A DNA stretch of 63,037 bases, counting the filler. It is 5 parts of 5 records of this genome, joined end to end, with 100 filler letters (N's around TTAATTAATTAA, not from the genome) between each part and the next. Parts side by side here need not be neighbours in the genome. Positions count along the whole stretch, not along the records: positions 1 to 8,922 come from DRR723986_9200; positions 9,023 to 17,276 come from DRR723986_9205; 3 more parts are not named here. One strand, given 5' to 3'. This document shows positions 1-10,496 of this stretch, piece after piece. The translations under genes and the position numbers were made by a program. Below the pieces are notes generated by a model. That model saw only the letters and a program-made list of their open reading frames with translations, was not told where the DNA came from and searched no databases. How positions within the stretch are numbered: position 1 is the first letter of the stretch; each line of letters begins with the position of its first letter.

Positions 1-1
1 A

Positions 2-70
2 GGGTTCATGCTGCATGACCGTTTGCTGCGTCCGGCGCAGGTTGGGGTGTCTTCGACACCGGCAGGATAA
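2..70 (+). CDS. grpE: Nucleotide exchange factor GrpE, C-terminal fragment
   Basis: Reads GFMLHDRLLRPAQVGVSSTPAG*, matching the GrpE C-terminal G..L..RLLRPA.V.V motif. Confidence 0.85.
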   Translation, partial: GFMLHDRLLRPAQVGVSSTPAG

Positions 71-116
71 TATGCCTCCGCCAATGGCGGGGTGTGCTAC
101 AAAATTAAAGGGGTGG

Positions 117-2750
117 TCAGGATCTGGCCGCCTCTTTCAATTTGTAAATCAGGTCCAACGCATCACGCGGGCTTAGATCATCGGGTTGGATCGTATCCAG
201 CAACTCGACTGCTGGCGATGCTTTGGCAACGGGTGCCGGGGCAGGAGGCGCGATTGAAAACAAGGGCAGATCATCGATCAGTGCCTTTTGCTTTCCGCCT
301 TGGCGTTCGTTCTGTTCCAGTTGTTCTAGCACAACACGTGCGCGTTCAACGACGGTTGCGGGCAATCCAGCAAGCTTGGCCACCTGAACACCGTATGAGC
401 GATCAGCAGCACCTTTGCGGACTTCGTGAAGGAAGATGACCTCGCCTTCCCATTCCTTGACTGCAACAGTTGCGTTTTCCACGCCTTTTAGTTTGCCAGC
501 AAGCGCAGTCAGTTCGTGATAGTGGGTGGCGAACAAGGCGCGGGATTTGTTGCTGGCGTGCAGGTGCTCCAACGTGGCCCATGCAATCGATAGGCCGTCA
601 TAAGTAGCTGTACCGCGACCGATTTCATCAAGAATGACGAGGGCCCGATCATCCGCTTGGTTCAGAATGGCCGCAGTTTCGACCATTTCGACCATAAAGG
701 TCGACCGGCCACGCGCCAGATCGTCTGACGCCCCGACGCGGCTGAACAATTGGCTGATCGTGCCGATATGGGCGCTTTCAGCAGGAACATAGCTGCCCAT
801 TTGGGCAAGCAGCGCAATCAAGGCGTTTTGGCGGAGGAAGGTTGATTTACCAGCCATGTTAGGGCCAGTCAGCAACCAGATCGCGGCGCCTTGATCTGCG
901 TTCAGAACACAGTCATTGGCAACAAAGGCGTCGCCGCTTTGCTGGCGTAGCGCATTTTCGACAACTGGATGCCGGCCCCCGCTGATGTCAAAGGCACGGG
1001 AGTCGTCGACACGGGGCAGGCACCAATTTTCGCCACGGGCAAGATCCGCCAACGAGGCTGTTAAATCCAGCTCAGCCAAGCTACGTGCAGCTGCGTTCAG
1101 ATGTGCAGCGTGAGCCAAAATAGCGTCAGAAAGCACGGAATAGAGCCGCTTTTCGATACTCAATGCCAAATTTCCGGCGTTCAGAATCTTGGTCTCGATT
1201 TCGCTCAGCTCAACGGTGGTGAACCGCACTTGGTTGGCGGTTGTTTGGCGATGGATAAAGGTTTCGGACAACGGCGCAGACAGCATCTTTTCTGCGTGCG
1301 TTGCCGTGGTTTCGATAAAGTACCCCAACACGTTGTTGTGCTTGATCTTGAGCGACGTGATGCCGGTGAGCTCAGCATATTTCTGTTGGAATCCGGCGAT
1401 GACGGACCGACCTTCGTCGCGCAACAGGCGGGCCTCGTCCAATTCAGTGTCATAGCCAGTAGCGATAAACCCACCATCACGCGCCAAAAGTGGAGGTTCG
1501 GCAACCAGTGCGGCATCAAGTAAGGCTGACAAACCCTCGAACCCGGCCAGGTGCTTGAGTGCCGTGCTAAGAAGTTGCGGCATCTCTTGCGTTTCACAGA
1601 TATTAGAAATTGCCGCTGCCTGCTCCAATCCGTTGCGGATTGCGGTTAAATCGCGCGGCCCTCCCCGATCCAAAGACAGCCGGGACAGGGCCCGGTCTAG
1701 GTCTGGTGTTTTGCGTAACGCATCGCGCAGGTCGTTGGTCATCAGGCTTTGATCAATCGCGAAACTGACCGCATCAAGACGGGCGTGAATTGTGCCAATG
1801 TTACGCGATGGGCTGGATAGTCTCTGTTCTAGCAAGCGGGCTCCACCGGGGGTCACGGTGCGATCAATGACAGACAGCAACGATCCAGTACGCCCCCCGC
1901 TGAGGGCTCGTGTCAGTTCCAGATTTCGTCGGGTCGCAGCGTCAATCTGAACAACGCGATCTTCGGCTTCTTTCAGTGGGGTTTGCAACAGGGGCAGTTT
2001 GCCCTTTTGCGTGATTTCCAGATAGTCGATCAGCGCGCCCATTGCGGAAACTTCTGCGCGCTTAAAGCTGCCAAACGCGTCCAAAGCGCCAACATTGAAC
2101 AGCCCGCAAATCCGTTGTTCTGACGCTGTGCTGTCGAAACTGGATCGACCGACGGGGCTAAGTGGAATGCCCAAATCAGACACTAATTCGTAGATTTTGG
2201 GCTCAACATTGTCGGCAACGATCAATTCGGATGGGGCGAGACGGGCCAATTCGGGGCTTAGTCGAACCGAAGCAAGTGGCATCACATGGAATGATCCGGT
2301 CGAAATGTCCGCCCATGCCAGCGCGGCCTCGTCCCGGACCTCGGCATAGGCGGCGAGGAAGTTGTGACGGCGCGCCTCGAGCAGGGCATCTTCGGTCAAG
2401 GTGCCGGGGGTGACGAGACGTACAACTTCGCGTCGGACGACGGATTTGGACCCGCGCTTTTTGGCCTCGGCTGGGCTTTCCATTTGTTCACAGACGGCTA
2501 CGCGAAACCCTTTGCGGATAAGCGTTAGAAAATATCCTTCGGCGGCGTGATGGGGAACGCCACACATTGGGATATCATCGCCATTGTGTTTGCCCCGTTT
2601 GGTCAACGCGATATCCAGCGCTTCGGCGGCGTTGACTGCATCTTGAAAGAACATCTCGTAGAAATCCCCCATGCGGTAAAACAGCAGGGCATCGGCGTGC
2701 GCCTCTTTGATTTCGAGGTACTGTGCCATCATAGGTGTGACGCTGGACAA
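117..2750 (-). CDS. mutS: DNA mismatch repair protein MutS (start approximate; the open frame extends to 2873)
   Basis: TPMMAQY, GDFYEMF, Walker A GPNMAGKST, STFMVEM, DEIGRGT, FATHYHEL. Confidence 0.97.
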   Translation of the reverse strand: MSSVTPMMAQYLEIKEAHADALLFYRMGDFYEMFFQDAVNAAEALDIALTKRGKHNGDDIPMCGVPHHAAEGYFLTLIRKGFRVAVCEQMESPAEAKKRGSKSVVRREVVRLVTPGTLTEDALLEARRHNFLAAYAEVRDEAALAWADISTGSFHVMPLASVRLSPELARLAPSELIVADNVEPKIYELVSDLGIPLSPVGRSSFDSTASEQRICGLFNVGALDAFGSFKRAEVSAMGALIDYLEITQKGKLPLLQTPLKEAEDRVVQIDAATRRNLELTRALSGGRTGSLLSVIDRTVTPGGARLLEQRLSSPSRNIGTIHARLDAVSFAIDQSLMTNDLRDALRKTPDLDRALSRLSLDRGGPRDLTAIRNGLEQAAAISNICETQEMPQLLSTALKHLAGFEGLSALLDAALVAEPPLLARDGGFIATGYDTELDEARLLRDEGRSVIAGFQQKYAELTGITSLKIKHNNVLGYFIETTATHAEKMLSAPLSETFIHRQTTANQVRFTTVELSEIETKILNAGNLALSIEKRLYSVLSDAILAHAAHLNAAARSLAELDLTASLADLARGENWCLPRVDDSRAFDISGGRHPVVENALRQQSGDAFVANDCVLNADQGAAIWLLTGPNMAGKSTFLRQNALIALLAQMGSYVPAESAHIGTISQLFSRVGASDDLARGRSTFMVEMVETAAILNQADDRALVILDEIGRGTATYDGLSIAWATLEHLHASNKSRALFATHYHELTALAGKLKGVENATVAVKEWEGEVIFLHEVRKGAADRSYGVQVAKLAGLPATVVERARVVLEQLEQNERQGGKQKALIDDLPLFSIAPPAPAPVAKASPAVELLDTIQPDDLSPRDALDLIYKLKEAARS

Positions 2751-2893
2751 GGTGTTTACTCCGACTGGACCGAGCGGGACATTACAAATCCGTTCAGTCG
2801 GGCGAAAGCCGAAATCGCATTGTCGTTGAGGCTTTGCCTCAGCTGAGGTAAGAGGCGTAAAGCCCCGCAGCATTCAAGAAGTACATATCATCC

Positions 2894-5149
2894 ATGCCCA
2901 AAGCTAAAGTTACCGCCGAAGAAGCGCTCGCCTTTCACCTTGAACCTACTCCTGGCAAGTTCGAGATTTCAGCAACCGTTCCAATGACGACGCAACGGGA
3001 TCTGTCGCTAGCTTATTCGCCCGGCGTTGCTGTGCCTTGCGAAGCGATCGCGGAAAACCCAGAGCTGGCGTATGACTATACGAACAAGGGCAATCTTGTT
3101 GCAGTGATTTCCAACGGGACAGCGGTTCTGGGTCTTGGGAACTTGGGTGCCTTAGGCTCTAAGCCGGTGATGGAAGGTAAGGCGGTTCTGTTCAAACGCT
3201 TTGCTGATGTAAACTCGATCGATATCGAGCTCGACACCGAAGACCCAGATGAGTTCTGTCGCGCGGTCAGGCTGATGGGGCCAACCTTTGGTGGCATCAA
3301 TCTAGAAGACATCAAAGCGCCAGAATGTTTCATCATTGAACAACGTCTCAAAGAAGAGATGGATATTCCTGTCTTTCACGATGACCAACACGGTACTGCC
3401 GTGATTTGTGCAGCGGGCTTGCTGAACGCGTTAGAGATTTCAGGCAAAAAAATTGAGGATGTGAAAATCGTCCTGAATGGTGCGGGCGCTGCTGGGATTG
3501 CCTGTATCGAATTGCTGAAGTCGATGGGGGCACGGCACGAACACTGTATCGTTTGCGATACGAAAGGTGTTATTTATCAAGGCCGTACCGAGGGGATGAA
3601 CCAGTGGAAATCGGCGCATGCTGTGACCACTGAGTTGCGTACCCTCGAAGAGGCGATGAACGGTGCCGATGTCTTTTTGGGTGTTTCCGTCAAGGGCGCT
3701 GTGACACAGGCCATGGTTGCATCAATGGCGGACAATCCGGTGATCTTTGCGATGGCAAACCCTGATCCTGAGATCACGCCCGAAGAAGCCCACGAAGTGC
3801 GGGTCGATGCGATCGTTGCCACGGGCCGTTCGGATTACCCGAACCAGGTGAACAACGTGTTGGGTTTCCCGTACTTGTTCCGGGGGGCTTTGGATATCAA
3901 CGCCCGCGCGATTAACGACGAGATGAAGATCGCCTGTGCGCACGCCCTTGCCCAACTCGCGCGCGAAGACGTGCCAGATGAGGTTGCAATGGCCTATGGA
4001 AAATCGCTGACCTTTGGTCGGGATTACATTATTCCAACGCCGTTTGATCCGCGCTTGATCTATCGTATACCGCCTGCCGTCGCGCGTGCGGGGATGGATA
4101 CAGGCGCTGCACGCCGTCCGATCATTGATATGGACGCGTATGAACTAAGCCTGAAATCGCGGATGGATCCAACTGCAAGCATTCTGCGCGGTTTGAACGC
4201 ACGGGCACGTGCGGCGCAGAGCCGGATGATTTTTGCCGAAGGCGATGACCCCCGCGTGTTGCGCGCAGCGGTGATGTATCAACGGTCGGGCTTTGGCAAA
4301 GCGATGGTTGTTGGTCGCCCAGATGAAGTTAAAGAAAAGCTAGAGGCAGCAGGTCTGGGAGATGCGGTTCGAGAACTGACCGTTGTCAATGCGGCCAACA
4401 CCCCGCATTTGGAAACGTACAAAGATTTCTTGTATGAGCGTTTGCAACGCAAAGGTTTTGACCGGAAGGATATCCATCGTCTGGCAGCACGGGATCGTCA
4501 TGTCTTTTCTGCGTTGATGCTTGCGCATGGACACGGTGATGGTCTGGTGTCTGGGGCGACGCGCAAATCAGCGCACGTTCTGGATCGGGTCAACCATGTC
4601 TTTGATGCGGATGCATCACATGGCGCGGCTGGTGTGACTGCGTTGTTGCACAAGGGGCGTATCGTTCTGATTGGCGATACGTTGGTTCATGAATGGCCAG
4701 ACGAGAACAATCTTGCTGATATCGCGGAACGGGCTGCAGCTGTTGCACGGCATATGGGTCTTGAGCCGCGGGTGGCGTTTGTCAGCTTTTCGACCTTTGG
4801 GTACCCGGTTTCTGAACGGGCCGAAAAAATGCATATCGCCCCCGAAGTGCTGGACCAACGTGGCGTTGATTTCGAATACGAAGGTGAAATGACTGTTGAT
4901 GTGGCGCTGAACTCCAATCAGCAAGAGGCATACCCGTTCTCTCGCCTGACCGGGCCCGCGAACATTCTGATCGTACCCGCGCGTCACTCGGCCAGCATTT
5001 CGACCAAACTGATGCAAGAGATGGGCGGGGCCACTGTTATTGGTCCGATTTTGTCGGGCGTAGATAAGCCGATTCAGATCTGTTCGACCGGCTCGACCGC
5101 GAATGATATTCTGAACATGGCCATCATGGCCGCCTGCGATATCGGGTAA
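2894..5149 (+). CDS. maeB: NADP-dependent malic enzyme with C-terminal phosphotransacetylase-like domain
   Basis: LSLAYSPGVA, KPVMEGK, FHDDQHGT, GAGAAG, ATGRSDYPNQVNN; 751 aa. Confidence 0.96.
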   Translation: MPKAKVTAEEALAFHLEPTPGKFEISATVPMTTQRDLSLAYSPGVAVPCEAIAENPELAYDYTNKGNLVAVISNGTAVLGLGNLGALGSKPVMEGKAVLFKRFADVNSIDIELDTEDPDEFCRAVRLMGPTFGGINLEDIKAPECFIIEQRLKEEMDIPVFHDDQHGTAVICAAGLLNALEISGKKIEDVKIVLNGAGAAGIACIELLKSMGARHEHCIVCDTKGVIYQGRTEGMNQWKSAHAVTTELRTLEEAMNGADVFLGVSVKGAVTQAMVASMADNPVIFAMANPDPEITPEEAHEVRVDAIVATGRSDYPNQVNNVLGFPYLFRGALDINARAINDEMKIACAHALAQLAREDVPDEVAMAYGKSLTFGRDYIIPTPFDPRLIYRIPPAVARAGMDTGAARRPIIDMDAYELSLKSRMDPTASILRGLNARARAAQSRMIFAEGDDPRVLRAAVMYQRSGFGKAMVVGRPDEVKEKLEAAGLGDAVRELTVVNAANTPHLETYKDFLYERLQRKGFDRKDIHRLAARDRHVFSALMLAHGHGDGLVSGATRKSAHVLDRVNHVFDADASHGAAGVTALLHKGRIVLIGDTLVHEWPDENNLADIAERAAAVARHMGLEPRVAFVSFSTFGYPVSERAEKMHIAPEVLDQRGVDFEYEGEMTVDVALNSNQQEAYPFSRLTGPANILIVPARHSASISTKLMQEMGGATVIGPILSGVDKPIQICSTGSTANDILNMAIMAACDIG

Positions 5150-5152
5150 GCT

Positions 5153-6025
5153 ATGGCGATTTGGAACCTCGGATCGATCAATGCGGACATGGTGTATGCC
5201 GTGCCGCATTTACCCGGACCGGGGGAAACCCGGGCCGCTTTGGAACTGTCTCAGTTTCTGGGGGGCAAGGGGGCTAATATGTCCGTCGCCGGGGCGCGCG
5301 CGGGGTCGCATGTGCATCATATTGGGGCCGTTGGAGCGGATGGACAGTGGGCCGTTGAACGGTTGATGGAATATGGTGTGGACACGCGCCATATTGCGGA
5401 GCTTTCCGTGCCAACCGGGCACGCGATTATTGCGGTCGATGCGGCTGGTGAAAATCAAATCCTGCTGTATCCGGGCGCAAATCAGGCGATTTCACCTGAC
5501 CAATTGGGACAGGCGCTGTCACAGGCCGAAACAGGCGATATTCTGATTTTGCAGAATGAAACCAACTGTCAGGTCGAAGCCGCAATGTTGGGCCGGGAAC
5601 TGGGGCTAAAGGTGTGTTACGCCGCCGCACCATTTGATGCGGATGCTGTCCAAGCGGTAATGCCCCATTTGGATTTCCTGATTGTGAACGAGATCGAAGC
5701 CGCGCAATTACAAACGTCCACTGGGTTGACAGCCTCACAATTGCCAGTCGCGCAGATCATTGTCACCTTGGGGTCGGATGGGGCGCGGTATTTCGATACG
5801 ACTAAGGATGAGGTGCAGGACTTTCCCGCGTTTAAAGTCGAAGCGGTCGATACCACCGGAGCAGGGGATACATTTACCGGTTATGTTTTGGCTGGGATGG
5901 ATCGTGGAATGCCCATGGCCCAAGCGATTTCTCAGGCGATGCGCGCCGCGGCGATCATGGTGACACGACGCGGCACTGCTGATGTTATCCCAGATCTAAA
6001 GGATGTTCGGGAAACCAAGCTTTAG
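5153..6025 (+). CDS. rbsK: Ribokinase (PfkB family)
   Basis: GSINAD, GGKGAN, LQNE and DTTGAGDTF motifs. Confidence 0.85.
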   Translation: MAIWNLGSINADMVYAVPHLPGPGETRAALELSQFLGGKGANMSVAGARAGSHVHHIGAVGADGQWAVERLMEYGVDTRHIAELSVPTGHAIIAVDAAGENQILLYPGANQAISPDQLGQALSQAETGDILILQNETNCQVEAAMLGRELGLKVCYAAAPFDADAVQAVMPHLDFLIVNEIEAAQLQTSTGLTASQLPVAQIIVTLGSDGARYFDTTKDEVQDFPAFKVEAVDTTGAGDTFTGYVLAGMDRGMPMAQAISQAMRAAAIMVTRRGTADVIPDLKDVRETKL

Positions 6026-6684
6026 CTCCCGGTAAACGGCGCGTCTTTGCCCCACAGCTGTTTCACCCGTGCATCACGCCCGCAGGCCTTGCGATAGGCT
6101 TTGTAAGCGCTGTTCTGGCGTTTGGGGCCAAAGCGGGTAAAGACCAATTTGGTGCCCTTGTAGTAATCCTGATGATAGGCCTCGGCTGGGTAAAACTCTG
6201 ATGTGTTCAGGATCGGCGTTACAATTGCTTGACCTAAGTCTGTCTGCGCTTGGGATTTGACTTGCTTTGCAAGATCCTTTTCCCCTGAATTAGAGACGAA
6301 TATTGCTGTGCGATAGCTGTCACCACGATCACAGAACTGTCCCCCAGCATCCGTGGGGTCGACCGAACGCAGGAACATCGCAAGCAGTGTTTCACGCGAA
6401 ACTTTGTCCGGGTCAAAGCTGATTTCAACGGCTTCGTAGTGGCCCGTGTTACCGCCCGTTACCTGTTTGTATGTCGGGTTATCAAGGGATCCGCCGGTAA
6501 ATCCAGAAACGGCTTCGATGACACCGGGGACGCTTTCGAAATCGGATTCAACACACCAAAAACATCCCCCCGCAACGGTCAGTGTCTCTGTAGGCGCCGC
6601 CTGTGCTGGAATGCAACGCAACATGGCGGCCAGAACCAGCAAAAAGAACAAGGCTGTGGGTTTTACAGTTTCGGAAAAGGTCAT
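6022..6684 (-). CDS. msrA: Peptide-methionine (S)-S-oxide reductase with N-terminal signal peptide
   Basis: AGGCFWCVE, GHYEAV, GGQFCDRG, AEAYHQDYY; hydrophobic N-terminus ending AQA. Confidence 0.93.
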   Translation of the reverse strand: MTFSETVKPTALFFLLVLAAMLRCIPAQAAPTETLTVAGGCFWCVESDFESVPGVIEAVSGFTGGSLDNPTYKQVTGGNTGHYEAVEISFDPDKVSRETLLAMFLRSVDPTDAGGQFCDRGDSYRTAIFVSNSGEKDLAKQVKSQAQTDLGQAIVTPILNTSEFYPAEAYHQDYYKGTKLVFTRFGPKRQNSAYKAYRKACGRDARVKQLWGKDAPFTGS

Positions 6685-6842
6685 GGCGTATCTCCTTTCC
6701 TTGCAGGGTGCCGCCCATTTCGCCGATCAGCAAGCGGGTGACATAGGATCTCACGCAGTGGTGAGAGAATTTTATCCCTTGGTCTTGCTGCGCACAGGAA
6801 CTAGCGTGCGGCAAAAATCGATCTCAGGGAGAGAGAGCAGAC

Positions 6843-7556
6843 ATGAAAATCGCAATGTGGTCCGGGCCGCGGAATTTGTCGACGGCGATGATGTATAGCT
6901 TTGGTGCGCGCAGCGATTGCGCGGTGATCGATGAGCCCTTTTATGCGGCCTATCTGAAACAGACGGGGCTGGATCACCCAATGCGGGCTGATATTTTGGA
7001 CAGTCAATCGCAAGATCCGGACCAGGTTATTCAAGAGATATGTGGCTCTAACCCAGGGCAAAAACCGATTCATTACCAAAAACACATGACGCAGCACATG
7101 ATCCCAGGGATTTCGAGATCTTGGATGAAGGACATGCGAAATGTGTTTCTGATCCGTCACCCCGCGCGCGTGATCGCCAGCTATGCCGCCAAGCGGGAAA
7201 GTCCGACGCTGGATGACATTGGATTTCGTCAGCAGGCTGAATTGTTTGACGAAGTGCTGGAATGGGGCGGTGATCCGGTTGTGATAGACAGCCATGATAT
7301 CCGCGATAACCCCGCTGAAATGTTAGAACGCCTGTGCGAGGCGATTGATATCGCATTTTCCCCCAACATGCTGAATTGGCCACAAGGAGGGCACCCCCAA
7401 GATGGCGTTTGGGCGTCACATTGGTACGGCGCAGTTTGGCGCAGTTCCGGCTTTGCTGGGGCAGAGGGGCCATTGCCCGATGTGCCCGAGCATTTACAGC
7501 CAGTACTAGAGGCAGCGTTGCCGTTTTATGAAAAGATGACCAGTCTGAAGCTGTAG
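6843..7556 (+). CDS. Sulfotransferase-like P-loop protein (family often linked to branched-chain aminotransferases)
   Basis: IAMWSGPRNLSTAMMYSF, DEPFY, YQKHM, LIRHP..VIASY. Confidence 0.75.
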   Translation: MKIAMWSGPRNLSTAMMYSFGARSDCAVIDEPFYAAYLKQTGLDHPMRADILDSQSQDPDQVIQEICGSNPGQKPIHYQKHMTQHMIPGISRSWMKDMRNVFLIRHPARVIASYAAKRESPTLDDIGFRQQAELFDEVLEWGGDPVVIDSHDIRDNPAEMLERLCEAIDIAFSPNMLNWPQGGHPQDGVWASHWYGAVWRSSGFAGAEGPLPDVPEHLQPVLEAALPFYEKMTSLKL

Positions 7557-7609
7557 CTGTTTTGGATCAAACTAAACGACAAAGAAATTGTGGGGCAGGA
7601 GTCACTGGG

Positions 7610-7891
7610 TTACCCCAGCAACTGCCCCAGCTTCATTGCCACACCCATATTGCCCGACACCTTGAGCTTGCCCATGGCAACACCGGTCATCGGGTTCAGT
7701 TTGCCGGTGAGCAATTTGACCAGATTGTCTTGGCTGATGCGGATGGTGCAGTCGGTGTCACGATCCACGATCGAGGCCTGATTGTCAGCCAAAACAACGA
7801 CGCCATCATCGCCGCAGTCGAATTTCAAGGACCCGTCAAAAGTTTTGTTGCTTAGACCTTTTTGAATGCCGTCCGCAATTTCCTGCAACAT
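7610..7891 (-). CDS. SCP2 sterol/lipid-binding domain protein
   Basis: GKLNPMTGVAMGKLKVSGNMGVAMKL signature; GGAGAG upstream of ATG at 7891. Confidence 0.88.
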   Translation of the reverse strand: MLQEIADGIQKGLSNKTFDGSLKFDCGDDGVVVLADNQASIVDRDTDCTIRISQDNLVKLLTGKLNPMTGVAMGKLKVSGNMGVAMKLGQLLG

Positions 7892-7906
7892 TTTGTGCTC
7901 TCCAAT

Positions 7907-7939
7907 AAAAATGCCCACCTAGTTGACTAGGCGGGCATT
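7907..7939 (-). terminator. Rho-independent terminator of argG
   Basis: Minus strand AATGCCCGCCTAG-TCAA-CTAGGTGGGCATT followed by a T run. Confidence 0.75.
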
Positions 7940-7970
7940 CAAATTTCAGCAACAGTGACGTTGCAGGAGC

Positions 7971-8922
7971 TTAACCGACCCGCTTGTTACGTGCAGCCAG
8001 CAGTTTCAGGCGCAGCGCATTCAGCTGGATAAAGCCAGCCGCATCGGTTTGGTCATATGCACCGGCGTCTTCCTCAAACGTCACGTGAGCTTCGGAATAG
8101 AGCGAATGCTCGGACCAGCGACCAACACAAGTGGCCGAGCCTTTGTACAACTTAATGCGAACGGTCCCGGTCACGTGGGTCTGCGAGGCATCGATTGCTG
8201 CTTGCAGCATTTCGCGCTCTGGCGAGTACCAGAAACCGTTATAGATCAGCTCGGCGTATTTTGGCATCAGCTCGTCTTTGAGGTGCATCGCGCCACGATC
8301 CATGGTGATGGATTCAATGCCACGGTGTGCCTCGAGCAGAACGGTGCCGCCCGGCGTTTCATAGATGCCGCGGGATTTCATTCCCACAAAACGACCCTCA
8401 ACCAGGTCGAGACGACCGATGCCGTGCTTGCCACCGTATTCGTTCAGCTTGGTCAGAATGGTGGCTGGGCTCATCGCCTCACCATTGATGCTGACGGCGT
8501 CGCCTTTTTCGAAACCGATCTCGATGAATTCGGGCTCGTTAGGCGCGTCCTCGGGGTGAACGGTGCGCTGATAGACGTAATCGGGCGCTTCGACAGCCGG
8601 ATCTTCGAGCACTTTGCCCTCGGACGAGGTGTGCAGCAGGTTGGCATCGACCGAAAAGGGCGCCTCGCCACGTTTGTCTTTGGCAACAGGGATCTGGTTC
8701 TGTTCAGCGAATTCCAACAGGCGGGTCCGGCTGGTCAGATCCCATTCGCGCCATGGGGCGATCACTTTGATATCTGGGTTCAGCGCATAGGCGGCCAGTT
8801 CGAAACGAACCTGATCGTTGCCTTTGCCGGTAGCACCGTGTGCAACAGCGTCTGCACCAGTGGCTTCTGCGATTTCAACGAGGCGTTTGGAAATCAGCGG
8901 GCGCGCGATCGACGTGCCCAGC
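7971..8922 (-). CDS. argG: Argininosuccinate synthase, 5'-truncated by contig end
   Basis: [14 protein letters not shown] upstream of the listed [23 protein letters not shown]. Confidence 0.96.
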
Positions 8923-9022
8923 NNNNNNNNNNNNNNNNNNNNNNNNNNNNNNNNNNNNNNNNNNNNTTAATTAATTAANNNNNNNNNNNNNNNNNNNNNN
9001 NNNNNNNNNNNNNNNNNNNNNN
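8923..9022. other. Artificial contig spacer (N run with TTAATTAATTAA)
   Basis: 100-nt N block with a six-frame stop linker; gene content changes across it. Confidence 0.99.
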
Positions 9023-9097
9023 GCTTGCGGCCAGTAGTAGGTCATCGCCAGGTTTCCCACCAAGCACCCAGTTAGGGTCCTACGATTCCAGCACCCT

Positions 9098-10492
9098 TCA
9101 ATAGTAATACCCGAAATTCAGGTTCAACCGATAGTTCCAGTCGTCGTTGCCGGCAACCCCGAAGTCACCCACGCCGTCGATGCGTGAGTAATCGTCACCC
9201 TTGTTGCCGACAAAGTAGTTGCCGTTCGAATAGGCAAGGTCGCTGTAGATATACCAGCCGCCGGCTGCCCAGGCAGCGCCTACGACAAACAGGTCGCTGT
9301 TGTTAAAGGCTTTCTCATTCTTCACGATGCTGCTCGCTTCTACATAGGGCAGTACGTAGTCCAGCCAGCCGATATTGTCGGTGTTGATGCGATAGCTCAG
9401 TGATGCTGCCGGTATCCAGCCTTCGGTCGCGTTGGGCCAGGCAAAATCGTAGGCTCCCAGCGGTATCAGTTTGTCAGTATTCCAGGGATTGTCGGGGTCG
9501 ATATCGAAACCGAAGCGTGACAACTGCACAGCCAGGGTTAAGCCACCGAGGGAGTTAACCGCATGCAGGGATGCTGCCCAGTGGTGTCCATCATCCAGTT
9601 CCGTGCCGTCCAGCGAACCGTATTGCGCTGAAAAGCCGAGATCAGACTTCCAGCGCTCGCCCTGCCAGTGATAGATCCCTCTAAGGTTAAACTGGTCAGT
9701 TTCCTTGTAGCCGCTGCGGGCACCGCCAAAACTGACCTGTCCGTCTTCGTCAACGGATTCGCGCCAGCGCACCGCATCATAGCCATACCGGGTGCTGTCT
9801 TCGCTGCGTCCGGAAAAGCTGGGCTCGCTGCGCCAGTAGTAGGCGACGTCCCAGGACCAGTTGTCCTTGGCTGTGCTGTACTTGATGCCAAGGTCGGGAT
9901 CGTCGGCCAGGCCGACGTAGTAATGCTGGTCAAAGAACCAGCTCTGGGAGATGCCGTACGGGCCGGCTCCGAAAGGAACGCGATTTAAACCCAGCTCGAT
10001 GTGGGTCTCTTCATCCAGCCGGTAGCCGATCCATCCGGAATGCATGAAGTTGTAGTTTTTGCCCGAGTCCGCAGCGTACCAGCGGTACTGGAGATTGCCG
10101 ATGAAATTGCCATAGTCCAGGCTGGCATTGATGCGGAAGGTATCCAGTTCCACATTGCCGCCGTGCCCGCCCCGGTTGGGGTCGTTATCAAAACCCTCGT
10201 AGCTCCCGTAGACGTAATTCACCCGCACCGCGCCACCGAGGGTCACCGGGCCGATCTTCACGCCGGTATTCTCCGCGACCGCCTCGGGCTCCGGTTCTGG
10301 TGCTGGCTCTTCAGCAACCGCAATCACGGTAATCTCCTCGCCACGCGCGGCATCGAGCTCGCGCTCTGCGATATCCAGGGCTTCCCGCAAATCCCTCACC
10401 CGTTGCTCCAGCGCTTGCAGATCGGTTTCTGCTGAGCTGGTCTGGGATGCCACCAGGAACAGTGACAGTGCAAGGAATGCCGCGGTCTTCAT
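9098..10492 (-). CDS. Putative outer-membrane beta-barrel/porin with N-terminal coiled coil
   Basis: Signal peptide MKTAAFLALSLFLVA, coiled-coil segment, aromatic-rich strands, C-terminal LNLNFGYYY. Confidence 0.7.
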   Translation of the reverse strand: MKTAAFLALSLFLVASQTSSAETDLQALEQRVRDLREALDIAERELDAARGEEITVIAVAEEPAPEPEPEAVAENTGVKIGPVTLGGAVRVNYVYGSYEGFDNDPNRGGHGGNVELDTFRINASLDYGNFIGNLQYRWYAADSGKNYNFMHSGWIGYRLDEETHIELGLNRVPFGAGPYGISQSWFFDQHYYVGLADDPDLGIKYSTAKDNWSWDVAYYWRSEPSFSGRSEDSTRYGYDAVRWRESVDEDGQVSFGGARSGYKETDQFNLRGIYHWQGERWKSDLGFSAQYGSLDGTELDDGHHWAASLHAVNSLGGLTLAVQLSRFGFDIDPDNPWNTDKLIPLGAYDFAWPNATEGWIPAASLSYRINTDNIGWLDYVLPYVEASSIVKNEKAFNNSDLFVVGAAWAAGGWYIYSDLAYSNGNYFVGNKGDDYSRIDGVGDFGVAGNDDWNYRLNLNFGYYY

Positions 10493-10496
10493 CTGC